Shown here: in pieces, positions 51,595 to 64,000 of the stretch
Layout of the letters: the number at the start of each line of letters is the position of its first letter
Numbering within the stretch: position 1 is the stretch's first letter
Origin: Eledone cirrhosa
Taxonomy: Eukaryota
Direction of reading: 5' to 3'
Length of the DNA: 64,000 bases
NCBI GenBank assembly: GCA_964016885.1
Contig: OZ024743.1
Span: forward strand, 308,450,001-308,514,000
Program-made: the position numbers and the translations under genes
The notes under the pieces: generated by a model
Seen by the model: the letters and a program-made list of their open reading frames with translations, nothing else
Told to the model about the DNA's origin: nothing
The model's database searches: none

Positions 51595-53250
51595 ATTATC
51601 ATCGTTTTTATGTCGGTTTTTCCACCCTTGCTTGGGTTGGGCTGGTCCTTCTCAACACGGCCTCTCGCCACATTTCGCGATCCTTTGGCATCATCCCTGT
51701 GAGTTTCAGTGATTTGAGGTCAACTCTTACAACCTCTGCCTATGTCTTTCTTGGTCTACCTCTACCACGACTTCCTTCCTCTGGCATTTCCTGGCACTTC
51801 TTCACCCAACGATTATTGTCTCCTACACACTACCGCAAATTCCTCTTAAACCCAGCTTCTCCTTCAACTCATCCAAGCTCTGCCTCTCTCTCACACTGAC
51901 ATTGCACATCCAATGGAGCATAGTTGCTTCATTTCTCTCCTGTCTACGCACGTCCTCCACAATCACAGCCCATATTTCACTACCATGCAGCATTGCATTT
52001 CACACACAGGTGTCATACAGCCATCCTTTAGTACATAAGGAGAAACTTTTCATGGTCAACAGTCAGAGTAGCTCTAAACTTTTTCCATCCTATCCTTATT
52101 CTAGCTATTATGCTCTCAGAACACCCCTCCATTGCTAATCATGTTGCCTAGATAGCAGACGCTATCAGCCACTTATATGGGTCCTTCTTGTGACTGGAAT
52201 AGGCTTACATTGCTTGTTATCTTCCCCTCAGTTACACCTGTGCATCCTCTACAAAGTCTTCTCTTCCTGTTAGTCTCCCCATTATCCCACTACATCTCGT
52301 GTACCCAAGATTTACATTGTGTACATCGTATGGAGTTTATACATACTCCCTTTCTACATATTGAGCAGGGCCACTTCCCTGAAGGAATCAAGGTCTTATC
52401 TTCTCACCTACTCACTAGCACTTTAATTTTGGCTAAGATTCCCCATAACCCTTTTGATTCTAAATTTTGTTTCCATAGTCAGAACTTATTTTCTAGTTCT
52501 TTAATGCATTCAGGTATAAAGACTAGATCATCAGCATAGAGAAGTTCTCAAGGGCAGCCAGTCTTTAACTCCTCTGTTATAGCTTGGAGGACTATAATGA
52601 ATAGTAGTGGGATAAGAACCAAACCCTGATGAATTCCTATTTGTACCTTGAATTCCTCACTAAACTCATTTCCTACTCTCACTTTGCTGACAGCCTCTCT
52701 GTACATGACTTGCACTGCTCTCACCAACCATTCTTCTACACCTAATTTCCTTAAGGACCATCAGATAATAGATTGAGGTACTCTGTCAAATGCTTTTTCT
52801 AGGTCAACGAAAGCTAGGTATAGTGGCTTATTTTTGGTTAAGAACTTCTCTTGTAGTTGTCTTGCTAAAAAGAGGACGTCTGTAGTACTTTTCCCAGGCA
52901 TGAAATCAAACTGCATCTCGTCTAATTTGACTCTTTCTCTAATTAGTTGTGCTATAACTCTTTCATCACTTTCATAACTTGGTCTATTAGTTTTATTCCT
53001 CTAGAGCATCACCTTTGCCCTTGTAGCAATTTATAATTGTACTGCTACGTCAGTCATTGGGTATGACATCATCCTGTATTACATGATTGACTATGTGGGT
53101 CACTAGTTTGACTCCTACTTCTCCCAATGCTTTTAGTATCTCAGCAGTTATTTCAGATGGTCCTGCAGCTTAACCATTTTTCATCTCTTTAATTGCTTCC
53201 TTAACCCTATAACTGTCAACTTCAATGGCTGACCTTTCTATTGGGTGAGT
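51595..53250 (-). mobile_element. RTE-clade LINE, degenerate RT and 3' end
   Basis: Minus-strand motifs YLAFVDLEKAFDRVP, VQIGIHQG..PLLFIIVL, LLYADDLV, RGRPRKT; (GAT)n tail near 51595. Confidence 0.88.
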
Positions 53251-53589
53251 TGGAGGTAGTTTCTCCTAACCCACCCAATATATAAGTACATATATACGCA
53301 CATATTGTTAAACGTACCCAGACCATTATGTTAAGTGGTAGTACCGGTGTCACAATAAAATACATCCAGTACACACTGTAAAGTGGTAATGCTAGTTTCA
53401 TGATAAAATAAACCAGCATCAACCCACTAAAATGGTTGGCATCAGGAAGTGCATCCAGTTGTAGAAATCATGTCAAACTGGAATATGTGAAAGGGATGTG
53501 ATCAGCCAAGCTGTCTAGTCACAAAATGTCCAACCCATACCAGTGAGGAAGACAGATGTAAAATGGTGACAGTAATAGTAATATACACA

Positions 53590-54145
53590 AATGGCAAAGC
53601 ATAAACGAATTGAGAGAGAGACTGAGCATAAGAGGAATCAAATGCTGTGAGCAGGAGAGGAGGTTGCGTTGGTATGGACATGTGATGTTTATGAAGGATG
53701 ACAGCTGCATAAAAAGGTGCAGAGCACTAGAAGTCGATGGAAGCCATGGCATGGGGAGACCGAAGAAGACCTGGGATGAGGTGATAAAAGCCGACTTTAC
53801 CCAATTGCACCTCTCAAAGGCGATGACACAGGACCGTGACCTCTGGCGTCATGCAGTAATACAGAAGACCCGACTTCCCACGGGTACAAACCGAAGCTCA
53901 AGCACATAGACAATATGCCCCCACTGTAAAGTGGACGTGTAGGCACCACGGAAAAAAAGCACCCAGCACTCACTGTAAATGAGGTTGGTGTTAAGAAGGG
54001 CATCCAGCTGTAGAAATCAAGCCAGAATCAGTTCCCGTATGAGCAAGACAAGGTCAGCTGACCGGACGCTGCCCACAACAGGACAACCCATCTAACCTAT
54101 GCTAGCGTGGAAGAATGGACGTAAAACTGTGATGATGATGATGAT
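53590..54145 (+). mobile_element. RTE-clade LINE 3' end with Meta-like SINE tail
   Basis: LRWYGHVM..GRPKKTWDEVIKAD..DRDLWR, then AAGAAGGGCATCCAGCTGTAG and (GAT)n. Confidence 0.85.
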
Positions 54146-54283
54146 TATATATTTATAAACCTGATTAACTTTCTTAATGTTTATCATCTAATGTCACCAT
54201 TTATCTGTTCCCCATCATCATCATCATTGTCATCACTTCACTAATACAGTTATATACAGATACAAACCATCGTGTGTGTGTAA

Positions 54284-54879
<596 letters not shown>

Positions 54880-55902
54880 ATTTAACTTTTAAAGGGTCTC
54901 CAACAGGGATCACCATTCTCACCCATTCTCTATTTATATTACACAACAGACTTGTTTATATCTCTAAACAAAATTGTAGAAGTATCAGGTTTTTCAGATG
55001 ATATCAACTTATATACTTTATCTAATATCATCAACAGCAACAAAACCAAATTATGCACATCCCTATCAACTGTAACTGAATGGGCGAAAGAAAATGGCCA
55101 ACAATTTGATCCCTCTAAAACAATTGGTTCATTTCCATAATCCTGAATCCATCAATTATCACTTGATGAACCAACTACTGATACCGCAAAATTCCATCAA
55201 GATACTAAGCATTTGGTTACAATCTGACTTGAAATGGGAAACTCATCTCAAACACATGCTGAAAATAATGACTTTAACATGGCATGCAATTAAAGTAATC
55301 TCAAAGAAATTCCACTGTCTAACATACAACCACTTGAGACTGCATAATAAGGGAGTCATCAATGCTGAATCGTTGTATGACAGCTGGGTTTGGGGTCACA
55401 CAAGTACCAACTATCTTCAAATTATTGATAGATTCCATACCCAAATTGCTAACTGCTCAGTTTAAATGCAAAAGAAAACAGTATGATACTTGGCTTCCTC
55501 TATGGGTAGAACAATTAAAGTTGTTTAAAATAACGATCAAAAACACAAAAAAGGAAGCAAAAGAGCTCCATAACACTATCACACAGTCAATCTCTTTTAG
55601 CAGCTGGTCTTCTACACAGACAGGACGTATTTAGACAAGGGAGTGTGATGTGGAACTACTTGGTCTTTCAAAAATAATTATAAAGATATGAACTTCAGAT
55701 TACATCGGGATAACACTGTATTTGATGCAGAATTGTGGGGAATTATATTAACCATAAATTCAGCTAAGGAATTGCTCTGGAAAAATGGTTTTCTATTTAC
55801 TGATAGTCTATCAAACCTAGAACTGCTTCAGTCGAGAAAAAGGGGTCAGGTTAGAGATATTGAGAACTGTTAAATTTAGATAACTACTTCTCAGAAAATA
55901 AT

Positions 55903-56007
55903 TGTTTCTACTTTTGGCACAAGGCCAGCAATTGCCCAGTTCATTACTGGTACTTTATTTTATCGACCCGGTAAGGATGAAAGGCAAAGTTAACCTCAAC
56001 GGTTACA
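55903..56007 (-). mobile_element. Nin/Deu-like SINE nested in the LINE RNase H region
   Basis: Family match; 14-bp TSD TCTCAGAAAATAAT. Confidence 0.88.
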
Positions 56008-56131
56008 TCTCAGAAAATAATAAAGAAATAACAGCGATTTGGATACTAGGCAATACAGATAATAGAGGAGATAAGAAAGCAGACGAATTAGCAAAAGAAG
56101 GAGCACAAAAAAGAAATAATGGATATAGACT

Positions 56132-57214
56132 TATAACAAAATACTGGTGTGTATGAATATAACAGGAGACTCAGTTGTGTATATAAAGTTTAATTAACAA
56201 GTTGAAGTTATGTAGTATAGAATTGTTGACATGTCAAGAGTAGATGAAATATGAAGTAAAGTTATTTGTTACCGTTTTGAAGTTAGCTCGCAAGAGACCA
56301 TGTTAGGGTTGCCAGAGAGTAGAGACTCGGCGAACGCGCCTGGCCGAAAGGGCAAATGAGAGAGAGATCGCTCTGAGTATCCCTTTTATAGGGTCTCAAG
56401 ACGGAAGTGACAAAAAGGGTTCTGCCACCCCAACGGGAAGAAAATGGCGCAAAAATTTTGATTTTGAAAAATTTGTGTGGGAATGTGATAATATGATGAA
56501 AAAGAAAGAAAGGCTTCACTTGGTATAACAAATATGGCGAGTTCCATTTTTTTGTGAACGATGAAAAAAAACTTGGTGGAAAGAATAAGCAATAGTTGAG
56601 ATTCAGCAAAAATAAATGTTCATGTTGAAAAAGAGTCTGAACGAGAATTTCACGTGTCCGTGTGTTCGTTTCTGTGTCTGCGAATTTTTCCTAGTTCGTT
56701 AATAAAGTTTGCTGCGTATTCGAAATGTTGGTCGACACATTCCCACGAAAATGGGGTACTGCTAATTAATTTTCTTTTTTCCATACTCACACAACACCAG
56801 TTTCTGTCATTTTTTTCTCGTGGTCACCACTTATAACAAAACACTGGTGTGTATGAATATAACAAAGATGCTTGGTTGTGTATATAACGTTTAATTAACA
56901 ATTTGCAGTTATGTAGAATAGTATAGTTGACAAGTCAATGAAAGTAGATGAAAGAATGAAGTAAAGTTATTTGTTACCGTTTTGAAGTTAGCTCGCAAGA
57001 GACCATGATAGGGTTGCCAGGCGAATGCGCCTGGCCGAAAAGGCAAAAGAAAGAGAGATCGCTCTGAGTATCCCTTTTATAGGGTCTCAAGACGGAAGTG
57101 ACAAAAAAGGGTTCTGCCACCCCAACGGGAAGTAACTCCAGCTACTTCCTGTCTAGAGAGCGTTAATCTATTGGTGATGTGATCGTTACAACAAGGTAGG
57201 CAACTCTTGCTACA
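56132..57214 (-). mobile_element. Non-autonomous LTR element related to 39029-41238, internally deleted
   Basis: 4-bp TSD GACT; 5' LTR 56832-57214 (TGTAGCAA...TTGTTATA); PBS TGGTGACCACGA; 3' LTR 56132-56440 lacks its 5' ~85 bp; LTR and leader are homologous to the first element (CAAAACGGTAAC..GTCAACTATACTAT..). Confidence 0.9.
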
Positions 57215-57547
57215 GACTACATCCCAAATCTTTCACAGGTAATATCATTTAGCAAACAATTAGTCATGGGTGGGAAACATTTTGGGAAGAATCCAGAGAT
57301 AAGCTCAAGAATTTCAGTCACCCACTTTCTCAACCAGATTTGACAACATTCAAAACGTATCGATCATTACCTTTCAACTACATTCTATCAAGAACAGATC
57401 ATAGAGATTCACCTCTATGTTCTTGTGGTGACTCTCCAGAAACTCTTTGGCACTATTTGTTCCAATGTAGAAACTATCAGTCTGAGAGAGAGGCTATGTT
57501 GAAACCAATCTTTAAAAAACTAAGATTGGAAGTTCAATATTTGATTA

Positions 57548-57642
57548 CAGGCGGAGGATTGGCAGTACAGCGTCAGACAGAGTTATGGCCCTTTATGTTC
57601 TCAGTTCAAATCCCGCCGAGGTTAACTTTGCCTTTTATCCTT
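57548..57642 (+). mobile_element. Nin/Deu-like SINE 5' fragment
   Basis: GGCGGAGGATTGGCAGTACAGCG...GTTCAAATCCCGCCGAGGTTAACTTTGCC. Confidence 0.75.
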
Positions 57643-57879
57643 ATATAAACAAAATCTTTGAGTACATGGAAGCTGCAAAAGATTCAACAAGAGAAACTTC
57701 TAGCTGTTTTACAGCTTCCCTTGTTTCCTATTTTCCTTTTCATAGGTATAATCTTCCTCCCATTGGCCTTCAATATTTGAAATGTTATTTTTATTATTTA
57801 CCCCCCCCCCCCTTTCTCTTTGTAAGGGGTACTCGATACTACCTCAAGTGCTTACTAGGTCTATATGGACGTTAAATAA

Positions 57880-58345
<466 letters not shown>

Positions 58346-58651
58346 ATATTTATATATTTAGGTGGGTGTGTAAAATAGATACACACACATACACATATAT
58401 ATATAATATATTTGTAAGTATATTTAGGTTGGTGTGTAAAATAGATACAATATATATATGAGTCCCGGGTACAATCAGGGATAACCACAGTTAGTATGGT
58501 ACTCAATGCATTAGTAGTGTACATCATGTTTAATATAGTAATGGCTTCTACAGGACTAGAACTGTTTCATTTAAAAGAAATCATTAGGGGCTTTCCCGAT
58601 GATTTCTATATTAAACATGATTATATACATATATATATATTTATATCTCTA

Positions 58652-58838
58652 CGGGCGGAGGATTGGCAGTACAGCGTCAGGCACCATGCTTTGCAGCATA
58701 GAGTTATGGCCCTTTATGTTCTGAGTTCAAATCCCGCTGAGGTTAACTTTGCCTTTCATCCTTACGGGGTCGATGAAATAAAGCACTAGTAATGCACTGG
58801 GATAACTGCTGGCCTTGTGCCAAAAGTAGAAACAATTA
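58652..58838 (+). mobile_element. Nin/Deu-like tRNA-SINE, full length
   Basis: A box TGGCAGTACAG, B box GAGTTCAAATCCC, central domain, and GTAGAAACAATT end. Confidence 0.88.
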
Positions 58839-58869
58839 TGTATATCTCTACTTATTACTAACTGACCTC

Positions 58870-60560
58870 CTCTGTAAATGACTTGCACTGCTCTCACAAG
58901 CCATTCTTCTACACCTAGTTTCCTTAAGGACCACTAGATAACTGATCATAGTATTCTGTCAAAAGCCTTCTGTAGATAAACAAAAAGTAAATATAGAGGC
59001 TAGGAACTTTTCTTGTACTTGTCTCACTAAGAAGAGGGTTTCTGTAGTACTCCTACTTGGCACAAAACTGGACATCTTATCTAGTTTGACTTTTTCCCTA
59101 ATTAGTTGCGTTAGAATTCTTTCTGTCACTTTAATAACTTAGTCCATTAGTTTAAGCCCCTGTAAATTCTTTCTAACACATCACCTTTACCCTTGTAGCA
59201 ATTAATGAGTGATGACTGCTATACCAGTCATTGGGTTTGAACCTCTCCTGTATTATGATTGATTAGTTCAGCTCCTAGTTCTCCAGATGCCTTCAGCATC
59301 TTGACGACTACCTCTTAGGGTCCAACAGCTCTACCATTCCTTAATTGCTTCTTTGACCCTATAACTCTATTTTGATAGCTGGTTCCTGTTAGGTTAGTTG
59401 AGGGTTGTCTCTTCCTTCCATTCATAGTAACATTTCCAGGCCTCTTTCTTTTGAGCCTCAGTGATGCTAAGTGCCCCAGCATAATTTTATTCACACTTTT
59501 CCCCGAACACCTTTCATCTTTGATCTTTACTTCATAAGACATTGGTAAACCTCTTTCTTTCAGCCCCTCTGCATGTTATGTATACTTCTCTTAGCTACCT
59601 GGTACTGTTCTCTATAACCCTCATTTTCCCAATCTTTTCATGCCTGTCTTTTGTCTTTAATGGCGCTATCCACTGTACTGTTCAGTCATAGGTCACCCTC
59701 TGTCTGACAGGTACTTTGTTCCAGCCACAGGTCTCATCAAGTCTAGTAGGTTGTCACGTAAGAACTTTTGTCCTGTACGTGATATGTATCTAACTTGTTT
59801 CTCTTCTCATCATATAAATCCTGTAGAGCCTTTCTCAACCTATACTTAACTAAAAGATATTTTCCTCCTCCAGATTGTCCTGTTTTTTTGTTTTGTCTTG
59901 TACTTATTCTGATGTCACTAGTAACAAACTTAAGTTAGGCAGTGCTTTCTTCCCCAGAAGGACTTAACATTCATAACCATCTGATTATCTTGTTTTCTAA
60001 CAAATAAGAAGTCAATCTGGCTTGTGCGTTTGCCAGATTGGTAAGTGATCAGATGGCTGGCTGGTTTTCCGAAATTTGTGTTGCAAATGATTAGTTCATT
60101 TGTATCTTTGTATCACAGAATTCCAGGAGCCTCACCTCCCTCTTTTGTGAGCCATAACTATAGCTAATATGTACCTTTGTGTAGCCATCTTGGTGCTGCT
60201 GTATATGTCCATTGAAGTCGCCAGCTAGGATGATGAGATCCCTGTCATGTCACTCCAGTTTCCTGTAAAAGTTCCTCATAGAAATAGTCCTTTTCTTCTT
60301 TACTCAGTCCTGCTTGTGGTGCATAGGCAGAGATAATTGTCATTATTTTATTACCTATGCTCATTCTAAGTTACACCATCTACCCCATCCGTTGTCATTT
60401 CCTACTCAGAAGAGATTGTATCTATGTTGTTTGCCTGTGAGTTATCTTGTTGAGGCACCTCTTCCTCTCACCTCTTAAACAAAGCATACATCCATACATT
60501 TTTAATCAAGCAACTTTATAATCTATCTGGAAGTGTGATACCTGACAGTGATGATTATGT
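58870..60560 (-). mobile_element. RTE-clade LINE, degenerate APE endonuclease and RT N-terminus
   Basis: Minus strand IISAYAPQAGLSKEEKDYFYE, IILAGDFNGH, NELIICNTNF..HLITYQSG..SQIDF; the RT part is homologous to 52700-53220. Confidence 0.85.
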
Positions 60561-60884
60561 CTTCTAGTATTCCTTCTTTGTATCTGGGAGGGAATAAAGG
60601 TGTGCGAGAGATTGATGACGGTCAAGGGGTTCTTGCACATGGTTACTCTAGCCACCCCACTGCCATGTGCAGCACTAACATGACTAGTGTTAGTCCTATA
60701 TATGCAATAAGTGTGAATCTTATATGTTGCACCTTTCATATTTGGCAGGGTTTTTCTAGCTGGATGTCCTTCCTATCACCAACCACTTTACAGTGTGAAC
60801 TGAGTGCATTATTTGTGCCACCAGCACTAGGGAGGTTGTTGTACTGGACTGAGGGGTCCTCTCCACCCTGTATCAGCTTTTAAT

Positions 60885-61160
60885 CAGCGTGAATGTTCTC
60901 CTAGATAGGGTGCCTTCACTGTGGCTTATGGAGTTCACATCTGCCCCTTGCAGTAGGATTTATTTGGAGTGACTGCTCTGGTAGACGGGTTGCCTTCACT
61001 GACTTACAGACCGCATCCTGTACAGCCATATTTATTCAAAGTGACTACTCTCCTAGACAGGTTGCCTCCATAATGGCTTACTGAGCCCACACCTGCCCCA
61101 TTGCAGCCTTATTTATTCAAAGTGACTGCATTTTTGCAACTTACAGAGCCTGCATCTACC
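60885..61160. repeat. Degenerate ~70-bp tandem repeat (3-4 copies)
   Basis: Recurring TTTATTCAAAGTGACTRCTCT..TAGACRGGTTGCCTTCAC..CACAYCTGCCCC. Confidence 0.6.
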
Positions 61161-61345
61161 TGGTTCATACAGATATGAGGGTAGCATCTACCCAATGCAG
61201 CCATTAAGTTCAAGAGGATGAGAGAAAAGTAGATAGACAGATAGGAAGGTAGTAGAAAGGAGGTAAAAGGGTGGAATATGGCAGTAATCTGGCAGGTCAC
61301 CAAACATGCTGTAGTTCATGAAAAAGTTTTCAAACTTATACTAAA

Positions 61346-64000
61346 CTAGCAGAGGTACCCGGCGTTGCCCGGTATAACTCTCAATGGAGTAGTCGTTCAA
61401 ATGAACCGAAAGACTTCCGTTAAATATGACTATAGAAGTAACAATTTATAGGTGTTGGCCCTAAAGAGGGCCTTTGAATGTTCACTTTGAAATATCTCAG
61501 TGGCGGTGCTACCAGCAAAGATGAATCTGATGGTAACAATTTAAACTTGGTGGCCCTGAAGAGGGCCTTGGATCCTTCACTCTTAAAAGTCCCAGCGGCA
61601 GAACTGTCAGCAAAGACGACTCCGATTAGAGGTGGTGGCCCTTAAGAAGTCCTTCACACCACTTTGGTGTGTCGTATTTGCTTTGCTTGTTATTTGAGAT
61701 TGTAACCTAGAAAAGCATGTAACAGTCGGTGGCCACAAAAACGGCCTTGGCAAGATCACGCTGGCATGTCAAAAAAATGTAAATAAGATGTAGGGAAAAG
61801 TAGATTAATTAGGTTAAAACTATAGAACATTGATAGCAAAGCGTAATAGCAACATATAAATGTGGAAAACGGAGACATTGAACATTTATAACGTATAGCA
61901 AAAGCAACCTCAGAGGCGTACGTGGTATTGTCAAAAGGACAAAAATAGCACACGGATACAGCAAATGTAAGCACTTATACAAACAAAAAACAGCGATTAC
62001 TTGTTGGCGGATGGGGTGCCTACAAAACTTCCTTATAGACTATATTTTGGGTTTTCTCGCGAGTTGCAAAAGCAAATAGGTTATGTCGGCTCCCCACTCG
62101 AGAGCAGCCAACATATAGTTGACCATGGCAGAAGCACGGTTCTTCTAAATTAAACCCTACGACCGTCAGCGTCTGACCCTGTGATTTGTTAATCGACATG
62201 GTGAAATTGACCCGGAGAGGGAATTGCAGCCTTCTGAATGTGAAAGGAATGTCTTTACCGGATGGAATGAGAGGTATCCTTGGTATGAAGACAGTATCCC
62301 CCTTACCACATCCTGTAAGTATTGTTACCTCAATAACATGAGGCATCGCCTTTTGGACGACCAGTCGCGTGCCGTTGGAAAGCCTTCGGGGTTCCAAATT
62401 CCTGAGGAGCATGACAGGGGCACCTTTCTTAAGTCCCAGTAAGTATGGTGGCAATCCGGGAGAGTCTAGGGAGTTAAGAAATTCTGTGGGCTAATTAACA
62501 ACATCGTCCGGATCAGCCATAGAGTCAAGGGACTTGTAAATGTGCAGGTTTCCAGGCAAGCACAGCATGAGCTGTTCATTAATGCTTCCAACTATGTGGT
62601 TTTTCGAAGCCAATATTGCGCGTTCACACAACCACTCTTGATTTGTGTAGTTCTCCTCAAGATTAGGAAAAACAAACGTCCGTAACTCAGCAATTGACTT
62701 AACGCATCTGCAAATCCCTGTGAGGTCCACTGCACCATCTCCGTCAAGTGGGACTTTGCCATCTCCCAACGACAAAATGGCAGCAGCAAAACCGGGTGAT
62801 GTCTCATCAGCTTGCAGTTGTGCTCTCGTTTGTTATAAGCGTCAGCTTTCTTACATAACGCCGAAGTGGGGAAGCCTTAAGGCATGCACCAACCTCATCA
62901 GCCGGCGTACCTTTTGGGATTACAGGCAGTCTGTCGGAAGTCCCCAGATAACAGGAAAGTGACACCTCCCATTGGTTCTTGACAGTCCCTGATGTCTCTG
63001 AGTGACCAGTCTAATGCCTCGAAAGCCGCCTTGTGGGCCATTGTGCATTCGTCCCAAACAATTGTAGGCAGCACTTTAACACCAGTGCTTTTCCGGAAGA
63101 CTTGCTCAACGTGCGAGTCTCAGATGCCACATTGAGAGGAAGACTGAAGGCAGAATGGGCCGTCCTGCCAGCAGGCAGTAAAGTTGCTGCAATGCCGGAA
63201 GAAGCCACAGCCAATGCGATGTTTCCGTGTTGCCTCACTGCAGCGAGTAAAAGTTTGATTACAAATGTTTTGCCCATGTGTCCAGGAAGAATATACCCCC
63301 TCCCCGATTACGGATGGAATCAATGACAATGTTGTAGGCTTGTTTTTGATCCATTAGAAGTTTTGGTTCCTTTTCTTCAACATACCTTTTGAGTTCGTCA
63401 ACATCATATGACGTTTCACGTATAATGTCGTTGGGAATGTCAGATGGCGCATCTCGAAATGTTTGCGGAAGCCCATATTTCTCCAAGACATCTCCGCCCA
63501 TTGAAGCCACTCTGTCTTCAATATCGATCAGAGCTCTGTTAGATGTCGGCTTTTCAGATGCTATATATAAGTTTGGAGATTGCAATTGAGCGAGACGCCT
63601 ATATTCGTCTGCGAAATTATCTTAAAACTTTTGCCATAAAGTGTAAGGATCGCTCAATTCACAGACGTGCAAGAGGATAGCAAAAAGTGCTCTTAGACTA
63701 TGGGATGATTGTGAGATGGCAGCTTCCGTTAAGATTGCATCCCATTGTGCGTTATCTTCTAAAAGTCCACGCCTCAAGCAGGCTTCCCTGTATGTTCCGC
63801 AGGTGTATCCATCGACGGTTCTCAGATGAGTGAAGCTGGTCGGCCCTCTTACCTCATGAAGCAGAAGTCGCAGGTAGAAGCATTCGTGTTGGGTTGGGTG
63901 GACCGTATAAACTCGCCCTAGGCAATTGTCGAATTTGATGCCTGGATGTCCAACCACCTCTTGCCCTTCCTTCGTAGCCATTTTGTACGGTTCCAGGTAT
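61346..64000 (-). mobile_element. Helitron 3' half: degenerate RepHel (Pif1-like helicase), runs off the right edge
   Basis: ORFs with GRVYTVHP..ECFYLRLLL, GKTF..AVASSGIAATLL.AGRTAHS, LLRNL..NGTRL, RLQFPLR..MSINKSQGQTL..HGQLYVGCSRV; several frameshifts; 3' terminus CCGGGCAACGCCGGG..CTAG|T at 61346. Confidence 0.96.
61457..61746 (-). promoter_or_regulatory. Four histone-mRNA-type 3' stem-loops in the Helitron 3' UTR
   Basis: Minus strand: CCAA-GGCCGT-TTTT-GTGGCC-ACCGA (61731-61746), TGAA-GGACTT-CTTA-AGGGCC-ACCAC (61637-61652), CCAA-GGCCCT-CTTC-AGGGCC-ACCAA (61552-61567), CAAA-GGCCCT-CTTT-AGGGCC-AACAC (61457-61472). Confidence 0.75.

Noticed and set aside
61400-62020. Captured histone coding sequence or U7 downstream element next to the stem-loops
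   Set aside because: No histone peptide and no purine-rich downstream element could be recognised.

Overview
Repeat-dense metazoan genomic DNA. The SINE families, (TA)n tracts and C2H2 arrays suggest a cephalopod/octopus-like mollusc (inference). Layout: a 19-kb 62-bp satellite with internal dyads and higher-order duplications (1-19048); a SINE/MITE/non-autonomous Helitron spacer; a 5-kb 38-bp minisatellite; (TA)n-embedded Penelope-type fragments with several hammerhead ribozymes; a near-intact Penelope-like element (RT + GIY-YIG, minus strand); an ~880-bp macrosatellite; a hexamer low-complexity tract holding a young non-coding LTR element and a solo LTR; a second Penelope remnant; and a Helitron 3' half at the right edge. 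The most notable non-TE feature is missing from the ORF track: a spliced, decayed gene at 50031-58345 whose first two coding exons encode a PRDM9/SSX-type ancestral KRAB domain, joined with no visible SSXRD or PR/SET exons to a C2H2 zinc-finger exon. This is a KRAB-ZNF-like architecture in an apparent invertebrate. Other highlights are four histone-mRNA-type stem-loops in the Helitron 3' UTR and an LTR element whose tRNA-Trp primer site runs 29 nt with a mismatch at the m1A58 position. All calls are by eye; no searches were run.
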